From contig CAZUZS010000009.1 in NCBI GenBank assembly GCA_964624795.1, positions 32,361 through 96,360 on the forward strand: 64,000 nucleotides of DNA, given 5' to 3'. The stretch comes from an uncultured Calditrichaceae bacterium (lineage in GTDB: Bacteria; Calditrichota; Calditrichia; RBG-13-44-9). A program made the position numbers and the translations under genes. Position 1 is the stretch's first letter. The number at the start of each line of letters is the position of its first letter. Shown here in pieces: positions 61,501 to 64,000 of the stretch. The notes beneath the pieces were generated by a model that did no database searches, had not been told where the DNA came from, and saw only the letters and a list, made by a program, of their open reading frames with translations.

Positions 61501-61721
61501 GGCAAAGAAATAGATGCAACGGCGTCAAGATTGCCAGGACCATAAGTGAAAATCGCGGTGGTATCGGTGACATCGATCCAATCGTATGTAGCCGTTGTAC
61601 TGGAAGGTGTTTTGGTATCGGTCCACATATATCCATAAGTGTCTTTTCCGCCCTGATTGGCAAACACTCCGGAAATAAATAAAAATAATATGCTAATTAC
61701 GCGTAGTAACCGTTTCGTCAT
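43542..61721 (-). CDS. Giant (~6060 aa) T9SS-secreted surface adhesin made of tandem Ig-like (Big_1/invasin-type) and CARDB/DUF11-like domains
   Basis: The signal peptide MTKRLLRVISILFLFISGVFA starts at the ATG at 61721. The uninterrupted ORF extends to 61820. Big_1-like repeats include LTFTVTARDNYGNAV. Dozens of ~100-aa repeats carry (V/I)xNxGxxxA motifs (VRNTGQAGL, ITNSGQASI, IENTGETTA). The C-terminal ~85 aa, HPNPFGMDE...GVYIAILNIRYSDG, is a T9SS sorting domain. Confidence 0.9.
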   Translation of the reverse strand: MTKRLLRVISILFLFISGVFANQGGKDTYGYMWTDTKTPSSTTATYDWIDVTDTTAIFTYGPGNLDAVASISLPFPFTFYGTSYSTIWVSSNGFASFTDPAGSHPQNDSIPYVSGPATMLAAYWDDLDTHIPGNVYFRKVGESPNRQVVVEWHQFEQWPAAPSTGIITFEIVLYERTNLIKFQYHSLSTIPSDSTSGGSATIGVQSGNAGLLYSYNTQGAIAPSSAILFHPKHLGNLADAAISPASVAAGTNFQSLTYRIDNIDVAGDTSSLGKMDRLAIANPFAASTPIVTGIKINNYSAPIQNTTTAPARPGFATWNYDPGTDSIFVQTSPFDVKDSLVINFMQTMPSALGTGNYQSRYDARLDSTANQVSTDVGWSVQVLGSTVSYYDFLPNTDQNVSAGDTLTFTVTARDNYGNAVINSDDVVFTPVGATGATFPSGSTLNFGGSSAVIVTVKDTVAESFSLKAQKSGVSGVTGQSGLITVSPAAAFEIVKLTPDSSGVVGTTRTLRAQLLDQYGNGLSDSTLSFTILSGGGSLSSGTAVTNVSGIGEVEYILGTDIELSPGMVEVSFGALTAQTFSVTLSPAVVSYYDFLPITAQSMSAGDSLTFTVTARDNYGNGVVSNDSIIFTASGLSTAYFSPRSTLSFDGASTVTVAVKDTVADSFTIVGRKQGASGVTGQSGLITVNPAAAFEIVKLTPDSSGVVGTTRTLRAQLLDQYGNGLSDSTLSFTILSGGGSLSSGTAVTNVSGIGEVEYILGTDIELSPGMVEVSFGALTAQTFSVAVLPAAVSYYEFDPATTQSMSAGDSLTFTVTARDNYGNGVINSDDVIFSAVGSTSATFSPPPTVPFLNESTVTITVKDTIAGSFRVKAEKATNAFVTGQSGIITVNPTTNLSLVPVSALTNTGIVGHTVTITAELQDEFGNAIPDSSILFKRTSTGNGSFVSGGLDSVFSVTQSNGQASAAYRLSTSTGFGSDTIQVRFGALTSLDFSFVLKPDSISYYTIVDNSSITPYHHTAGESFNIVVNGFDVYNNAATTSSRQVTLNSTAPGVNITPPATKNLASGNAVFAAVVTKKQRNLTFRIADSFGKSAISAPFTIVAGALDSLNIMSGPDSSGISYSGSVFDYLTTDSTLSMYAAGFDVYGNYIADITSALWSTTGSLVPASTDLPASHFTFSPTISGRSGYIKVLSANPLIKGDSTGTITVQDGDTAYVLITTDSLGTNELTSRTMLAGDTVRLYASGYDGAGNFTGLVSADWSITPGSLGKFIHLPGEDSVATANRITFIGDQIGSGTIDIVFNLMSDISGLVTVKKGAAHHIVIRDQGNGGGSPYNAMAPVSITTDDAIELYAAHYDARNNYLGDQPVPWDTVSVAGGSLVGVPAGPASYITFSPQSTGTGKIRTVSATLINDTTTTITVTNGALASIVIEDSTGAAVLSDTVSAGASRRWFSAGYDRWGNLRGRTPSTWSIVGDNIGVLNPIHADSTIFGGRTVGTAFIRAISDTASKVDVTSDIRVVAGVPDSLFKIAETDAQNGVAGQSLALPIRVEVHDNYGNPVPGDSIGWLPKKGGSVSGAYSVTNSLGIAQIFWTLHNDLSPDTIAAYVKNSPTTPDTIYFTAYPQAQSSRFMNYVNLNDTLMTGRIGETLLPFQVRITDSLNNPANNADVSFVITQYPDGASGQSLTSYQTMTNPSGVAETRLVLGNKLGRYEVTSFSNASGSPLIFAGEAVIPDTAASIAIVAGNNQTGTVKQPLPIPVQVKLLDRFNNPLADSTLIFEPLNGGTVSAETVVTNSQGIAQTVWTPDSIAQTYYLLARLQNSLKIVSDTLQAVANPAAAQNLSIVSLRGIPANGVSAPPHGSVPFVVKVADLYGNPVPNRTVKSEVVQPSKAVLASGSSVSNSSGDILNSVEIDDTRDSTLIRTYIAGIDTVLIKIYRLSYVIGSLTPASAALGETFSFSVSISNPGPIQVQLDTSNQNSYITFSDGTHIYKAGLQTDRTAGIITPITFGPDVLDSMFLVASYEPDIVLRGAGTDSLMNGSFFTEANAFSVASIEIASVNVISPASGQVKRGDTLRVRMSINNQGSVPIRVDDSQTTPLVSRAGEPPLAAMFSKASIADSLVNPGTNTIDYWWTVPGDFALGEYVLDGKFQGEVVGSGSIISASGAISPSTFQVIQAARIHYVSGPLPSRVTSGDSAELSIQLSNAGQTNVVLTPASTFLTFDADTFYLKTSQTITAGNSQTLNFQKGPVISPARLSTRQIFVVLAGEEYGVPFTATVDTNAAVINIDNIPGNVVVRHLSITPSTASQDQDSLRVLFEVYNPGPLNAPVQVQNLSDIVLQGPQQFNYFIDNSSAPAFPVTIARGGSQQFDYFISIPSSYPPGTDSIFASLDYSDSNTGTVYNRAYPDSGAALQVLPRASLQIDTIFATPQVVSQGQSGVQISMVVTNTGEVAGTISAAALQFLNNHTINTTPLLPRTVSPAAPETLQYTITINSSAALGEDPIKGSLTYSDSLNGKSYDYPLTEKGSLLIQSFNQALVRINSVSVNELYVNQGHQGNILANVSITNSGQASISLQKLQLKFSPDTLGQSLVSTLPDVIGGNSTKNYTVNIQIPDSTVPGTIHLDAKIGYIDLNSSQSYSDSLAVVRDSLIIQEPAVINVHKLTVTPDTVSAGKTGLTLAFTARNTGQAGLNLTLSSLSGTGVNNLTRLSPVGLPAIINGGDSSSFVYRGNAASNIGSYPINFLLSGTDRNDGRPVGPDSSATPAVLTVRQPGALFIDSVVVAEPTVFIGQQDVAATVYIRNSGQMPVTIDNVILGFNPSLGFAQTLHSALGDTVAGGNSVAASFTFSLLSTAQTGTVTVGAQASGTEIDLQQSRNATAGVSALDTFEVIPGPQLRILSVSSDYDSVSLGQSGISVRVKLRNNGGVPAVVDTVALKFSQGTFANLVITPALSLPANSSPQVVTFNNVSVNPASQTGLATINARLSATVGGNVLKVQNADTSYSWRIVTKGSLQPVNYSPVAITRGNNVTFTAQIRNAGQANIYLLPDVTTLFIGGFGISITDTVSVPGGQQRAVVFPQSLINLPPGNYPVSLRMDQYQENGGYYSATLNFTGTLRVDSPVSLDTSAVTYPRIISQNMTLPIHYTLSNGGNSAPAHIDSITIASLGYTNANGYLLNGGGTHSDSLVPFIDTTYAGTLNNITVRFYWTDQNASTHASQALTLQPVTIHRQAKLAIRDINGPTAVYAGQNNIEVQVSIENTGETTAEIDAADLTHHIGPYVITPLQIPTRIRAGEQLPFVFRVDIDANTATGADFFGAVAAYHDSLNQLSQSVSADSLHSWSIYQEAGAEILSVTSPEVEVTQGQKNIPVTVRVRNGGGQPLRVDTLSLISRHAGDSNYRYYAQFVPPVTVNANETKLFEFLVDVRDVAQAGPDSLDARLAGIVNFGGNVIPLNVDSATTVQPWVIKQKPNLQVEGIQLAPERMSKGQDFATLSTQIRNSAGGAPMAAAVLDSVKILINGNPNDTANFDLQRQTNLPLTIQPGDQADVNFRIRPRTNAESGNYILQTLLYYHAPKVDSTMQVAGVVRDTVIVEEPAVFTFLSIVPNRDTTHWGKQNDSLSIVLRNDGEATARINNGSILIGGTGEPIQTVLLSPPLPTDLAGGSSMQFNYALNYPASPGFDALASYRAIVSGTDQNSGFSLQDTSSASGAAQVQILTPPKIGFVAGSLNPANLEVQSDITFRMVVRNTGSSRIVLIPDSTKFSVLSSPDQSTTLQSPAFIDAHDTTTLKFRPVSLSLQNGTYSTQLSLRGVVHGEAYSRDLIGQPLDVGAAITIPDVYFPALSGNRQVVLGDTAITIEMQVRNFTAQKLELNPDPAVTGLHIRNTTTNDLYDSTFSLRRVDTVTVLKELDQVTLQFKIDIPLLDVPVGGYKVQGRVQTSAPSVLSYQTVDSAASFRVISGAKLVYDSLLPNIGIAGQNRMFQTRIGNDALSAVQLNAANTVLTLSRGTDILATNLQANYVLPGKDSSGADIKYTTISFQEVPIPAGFQPGSYNLQLHLEGTLQTGDPFTNFDTTASGEFTLRDTTVILASSISGIPDFMSQGQSNIPATITIRNDGPSTGEVNSINLIFTNSLGQNVSSQWSVAGLDTLSQLQLRSQDSKDLPISLGITAQADTGRIFLKARVTYQDSVAPEKIFSRLSDTLKTVTVLRPGQIRIFATSVPVDSLPNFPNVNYGQRFPISVQLQNSGQEALKNIKVELLLNDIPQQSINRLTLGERSDTTIIFTAVAPPQSGTAIFRTRLDSAFSQLTGGAVQIAPALDDNAVVMVQSPANLQLSVEAKDTVSAGQTFDLSATVENIGQAAIDNSGRLRLVLPPSAGYNSADPDTQFFTQAANTVTWSILAPTTPSGPSGDIISVYYVQIPNDINIDSTASLVNQQASVTVHTVSAARIESIALDITHPQGAMDSTLSSGQQFTLRAKVAFTLGVADTGRRAQITLPPGFDLLNGSAQQDLVEDSAVWVIKVPDTVAGSALSGKSGKSGGNFLAPGNSPEGGNIPNELLSGVVENITVEASAFDEHSGDRIQSEPKTLPVTVQPRASLALQWEVAEPEGAIDLEVSTWQKFVIHTWIQNGGEAGTTGLNTVKISLPGGYYFRKYDHTQADSLLQVATDSLNYRSLEIFTDTVAHVQPERIRIALESAASDENTNAPAVIAGAIGTIQLKTVNRAALVLSLDSTQINVSQSETFAVTGLLQNTGTANIEPGDSVRVALRIDTSRLAFVNPADSLKWASLVNKQAPLSWSLVSKDLTGNAQCYATIDQDVEPAAYDENNYPDSLVHRVNSRANVQVNVATSGSISITNLEILNANTDTVSTGQLFTLRATVNLSGSVNATGRTAEIINLPAEFSIQGSTVLPLGPGSSETASWQIRAPDTLSQQILENLQKIASSGTKGIRTAGKSTNNRLSAPVEGGSGGYETDALIDFLESTLTVRARGIESNTGATLEDIEQKMVTVQPRSRIWLTAEINQPAGAGDHTVSTLQKFELEMTVHRDASSAPTTDSSEVQITLPDGFSFNQTTTERKDTVQIFENRTVVNSIYTSATAYPDRQTILAQIINAAIDINSGQPAFVDTGLVRFTDMRIVERANLHVNVLDYPDTLALNQPFEISAIVTNTGTAGVSPGNKIPVHLRYDASAFSLSQGDTLHSMRIGDTLRWNLQSSNSGGSHDFTISLPKILNDTLYYDENNYATVPVFKSDSTRTFGIRVLDLGNFSIQSFHFFSNVNDTSITVSTNQDSIPLEVKVNLNPLFTENRLATLTLPSGVTSTSNQQQLIPSDSSVTWYLKAPGTATQQDKVIRVITESTSPVNNLTLRDTAFVRLRAITRATLALSAEITEPAGARDDTVSYGQTFTYQATVRNTGQAGVTGAASLRLTPGSSLQLVNQDPVKPFVVDQPVTWTVRVDSNSQVNALMSRVRNLQAKQQHMQTPMEGMPVEGSAFAAGAGRIKQQINDLYDEIVNIVNASMLAVTYNQIPKDSLTNQTASTTVTQVQTPIVIQESALFRIAGIQTQPRISTGQLFTVQTEIEASSQVSERRSAVLRITGMQVPDSTKSFTGTSVSWQIQAPATIDGPTTIPLQVAVAATDANSGQALASDSSGNFVLERKAMLSLRLRIKGRPDTGGGHRLSFDQSFTVVAKIRNKGDAQLSGQGQLRLQLNPQDSIALASGETQVKSFTYPDSVSWDLRTPRQIISTGIGAQFVQVPNDVNTAQPAALDPDSSSATLSIATEVHRLVVIPLEFSQQENVIRQQGTEDVPLIGLVFDNRKVSEFVPTVTIDSLSLLVQQLDGSPVLNPSSLIDSVKIVNRAYLRNLQKVGSAPTVFAAYDVTSADGDEIPLEFTNHLNIIPGVKDSLVVLLNLSRQSPNQSFKLHVGSIRAFTGSHDNPVEIVDEQGNLFSSGGDVGGSYALTVISGDKDKIFGNHPNPFGMDEASTNFVFWMEKNGTAEIRIYTLLGGLVYSQQKSFTGGQLYDGHNNNGLIWNGTNNAGNRVLNGVYIAILNIRYSDGQSKSYKTKVAYIK
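59349..60560. repeat. Intragenic tandem repeat of two 606-bp units (202 aa each), with a third diverged unit continuing to ~58740
   Basis: DNA at 59372-59700 is near-identical to 59978-60306, an offset of 606 bp. The two protein units are 100% identical over ~107 aa (GVTGQSGLITV...FGALTAQTFSV) but only about 60% identical in their first halves. Confidence 0.8.
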
Positions 61722-61743
61722 AATTGCTTCCTGTACTCTTTGA

Positions 61744-62238
61744 TTAACGGTTGGAAATAGAAGGTATGATGCCTGAAGCGAACACCTGGTCTGATACTTT
61801 ATTGCCATCGGAGCCGGCAACGATTTCTTTAAAATTTACCTGGTTTTTAACCAGTGGTGTTTTCAAGATATTTCCAACACACTTTATGTGCAATTCATCG
61901 CTGCTTTTTAAAAGATTTTCTTCAAAAAACAACATGATGCCTTCAGGCACCTTCTGCCAGGCAACAACCGAATCCCTGACAGGTTCCGAAAAGCTGTTTT
62001 GAAGCCAGACCTGTTTTTTATTTATTTCGAGAGAAACCGGTATGAGTACGATTTCCTTTGGCATCTCCACAAGTATACCATTTGCAGGGGCAATATTCAA
62101 ATTCAGCGTCAGATCGCATTCCCAATCGGAGGTCGTCTGCGGGATCGGATCTATCCGAACTCCAACCTCTGCCTGTTGGGCATAAATTCCCGTGATTAAA
62201 AACAAAATCATTATGAGACTTAATGATTTTAGATGCAT
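61744..62238 (-). CDS. Small secreted hypothetical protein immediately upstream of the giant adhesin gene
   Basis: The signal peptide is MHLKSLSLIMILFLITGIYAQQ. 164 aa. The stop lies 22 bp before the adhesin ATG. Confidence 0.5.
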   Translation of the reverse strand: MHLKSLSLIMILFLITGIYAQQAEVGVRIDPIPQTTSDWECDLTLNLNIAPANGILVEMPKEIVLIPVSLEINKKQVWLQNSFSEPVRDSVVAWQKVPEGIMLFFEENLLKSSDELHIKCVGNILKTPLVKNQVNFKEIVAGSDGNKVSDQVFASGIIPSISNR

Positions 62239-62347
62239 TTGAAATTCTCCTCCACGTAGTCCCGCTCAAAATATTTGAGAACCACAGGAATGAGTGTGAC
62301 ACCTATCACAGTAACAAATTTCCTGTTGTATTATTTGCGCTAACTTC

Positions 62348-63499
62348 CTATTTGACAACAGCCTTAATGAGCGTCAAAAACTCCCGGCCATCGTTTTCCA
62401 CCAAACGCAAATTTTTACGGGCTTTGGTAAATTTGGGGTTTATTTTTGTAGCTTCTTTGAAATTATCCAAGCCTCTTAGAAAGTAATCCCTGCACAGCAT
62501 TAAATGAATTAATGCCAGGTAATTCCACATATCCGGAAAATTCGGATTTGCACTCAACGTGCCCGATATTTTTTCGTCGAAATAGCGCAAAGTATCGTAA
62601 TCCAATCGGTCGGGCAGATAGCGAAGCCAAAGATAGAATTCGTAACCGATGTTTTCCGGTGTCAATGTATTAAAGAATAGTTTATTCCGGTAATCATAAA
62701 TGAGGGACTGGATTTTGCCATAATTCTTGGCAGCAAGTGCTTGTTGAACCTGTGAAACCAGAAGTTGGTCTTCCTCAGTGCCGATTTTTATAATCCGTTC
62801 CAGCACCATGCCCAGGAAGTCGAGATTCTTTTGGACCTCCTCCAGTTTATTTTCCATTTTCAGCAGGTTCAACCTTTTTTGGATGGCGGAGATCAAATTA
62901 TAGAACGCTTCCTTATAATTTGGATTGAGTTTGATAGCTTGACGGAAATGGTTTAGGGCTGGAATATAACTTTTTTGTTCCATGGTAATCAAACCCAGCA
63001 AATTATAGAGGTCGGGATATTTTATATCCTCCCTCAGAACAGTTTCCAGGATCTGCATAGCATGTTGATAACGTTTCTGAAAAAAATAACATCGGCCCAG
63101 CGTGATGTAGGAGCTGTAAAAATTCGGGTCTATATCGATGGCTTTCCGAAGATGCTTTTCAGATTTATCATATAGATGAAGCGATAAAAATATGGCGCCC
63201 AGACGGTGGTGCGAAATACTGTGTTGCTGGGAATCCAAAATTTCCGAAAGATCAAAAAGGGTTTCCAGCCCGGAAATTACACTGTGGTGGAACTGGTCCA
63301 CGATTCCGCGCATGCGCAGTTCCACGCCGCCCTCCGCGCTGTCATCACGCCGTTCGTATTTTGAATATTCCGAGAAGAGCAAGCGCCCCTGCTCGAAAAC
63401 TTCGGTGCGGATATAACCGTCTTCAATATTTGTAGCCGTTTGAATATGAAACTGACGGCCTTTTACCGATATGTTTTGATTTAAACCGATGTCCGCCAT
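62348..63499 (-). CDS. TPR-repeat protein with a ~90-aa non-TPR N-terminal domain
   Basis: Multiple TPR motifs are present, for example AIDIDPNFYSSYITLGRCYFFQKRYQHAMQILETVL and ALNHFRQAIKLNPNYKEAFYNL. The N-terminus reads MADIGLNQNISVKGRQFHIQTA... and is beta-rich. Confidence 0.7.
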   Translation of the reverse strand: MADIGLNQNISVKGRQFHIQTATNIEDGYIRTEVFEQGRLLFSEYSKYERRDDSAEGGVELRMRGIVDQFHHSVISGLETLFDLSEILDSQQHSISHHRLGAIFLSLHLYDKSEKHLRKAIDIDPNFYSSYITLGRCYFFQKRYQHAMQILETVLREDIKYPDLYNLLGLITMEQKSYIPALNHFRQAIKLNPNYKEAFYNLISAIQKRLNLLKMENKLEEVQKNLDFLGMVLERIIKIGTEEDQLLVSQVQQALAAKNYGKIQSLIYDYRNKLFFNTLTPENIGYEFYLWLRYLPDRLDYDTLRYFDEKISGTLSANPNFPDMWNYLALIHLMLCRDYFLRGLDNFKEATKINPKFTKARKNLRLVENDGREFLTLIKAVVK

Positions 63500-63817
63500 A
63501 GGTTTTCAAATTTAGGCCAAATATCATAGATTATCAATATCATTTTAACTTAAATGCATATCAACAAAACCACCAAATATCTTTAAAACCAGCCTATTAT
63601 CTTTTATAGATAGCTGGTTGGATCATAGAGTGGAAACAAAATATTTTTTCCCAAAGGAATGAGTCCCAACATGTGCTTTTTAAAGATTAAAAACCTGGAA
63701 ATATTTGGGAGAGACAAAATGCTGACGAGTGAAATTCATTCAATTCAGGCAGTGATGGAGAGACAAAAGTATTCAAATGGGAATGAAAGCTCCCACTACC
63801 CTGTCACTTTGCAGTAT

Positions 63818-64000
63818 TCAGTGGGCTGTCTTTGCAGCCTCTTTGGTAGCTGCATTCCGGATTTGCAGCGCTTTTTCAAGTTTGCCTCGCGCCCGCTTGC
63901 GAACATCTTTATCCAGGCTGAGATGCAGCGCTTCGTCGGAAAACCGCAGCGCTTCCGCTTGATTATTCCGCTGCAATTCGATTTCCGCCATACTCACCAG
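63818..64000 (-). CDS. 3' end of a minus-strand gene (TPR/helical protein), open to the window edge
   Basis: The reverse-strand translation from the window end is LVSMAEIELQRNNQAEALRFSDEALHLSLDKDVRKRARGKLEKALQIRNAATKEAAKTAH*. It has a helical-repeat character. The + strand 61-aa ORF at 63777 is its shadow. Confidence 0.35.
   Translation of the reverse strand: MVSMAEIELQRNNQAEALRFSDEALHLSLDKDVRKRARGKLEKALQIRNAATKEAAKTAH

Overview
This 64 kb window, about 50% GC, comes from a diderm bacterium. It encodes LPS and Kdo biosynthesis and the Lpt export machinery. It also carries type IX secretion system (T9SS) 'NPFNP'-type C-terminal sorting domains on two secreted proteins, which suggests an FCB-superphylum-like organism. 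No rRNA, tRNA, CRISPR array or intact mobile element was found by eye.

The layout runs as follows:
- 1 to 3.4 kb: tail of a family-9 glycosyltransferase (GT9, heptosyltransferase-like), an MsbA-like ABC exporter and a PAP2 phosphatase.
- 3.8 to 8.4 kb: a lipoprotein HEMGH zinc peptidase, a T9SS-sorted beta-helix protein, and an ECF sigma factor with a Cys/His-rich C-terminal extension.
- 8.9 to 10.3 kb: a probable pyrophosphate-dependent phosphofructokinase (PPi-PFK), separated from the next block by a bidirectional terminator.
- 10.5 to 18.5 kb: one minus-strand LPS supercluster, kdsB-pyrG-(Zn-ribbon ORF)-kdsA-kdsC-kdsD-lptC-lptA-lptB.
- 18.7 to 23.5 kb: an Omp85 protein, a two-domain VOC protein, an M48 peptidase and a membrane protein.
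- 23.6 to 64 kb: a single co-directional minus-strand array of about 40 kb. It holds fur, an M23 peptidase, a membrane-anchored SbcCD-like (YhaO/YhaN-type) pair and a patatin-Omp85 fusion. It continues with a DUF4159-like protein next to a 1142-aa double-TM coiled-coil protein, then a DUF456-like membrane protein and a STAS protein, and then a 917-aa protein fusing an RsbW-like kinase, a membrane sensor, HAMP and a PP2C phosphatase. Both the STAS protein and the 917-aa protein end in a C-terminal domain resembling the N-terminal HTH of IS481-type transposases. The array finishes with a FadL/PorV-like outer-membrane barrel fused to TPR repeats, a giant protein of about 6060 aa, a small secreted ORF and a TPR protein. 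The giant protein is a T9SS-sorted adhesin built of Big_1- and CARDB-like repeats, with near-identical intragenic 606-bp tandem repeats.

The most interesting candidate system is the tightly spaced giant adhesin, PorV-like-TPR barrel, kinase/phosphatase with transposase-type HTH, STAS-HTH and DUF456 block. Several long antisense shadow ORFs were judged non-coding.
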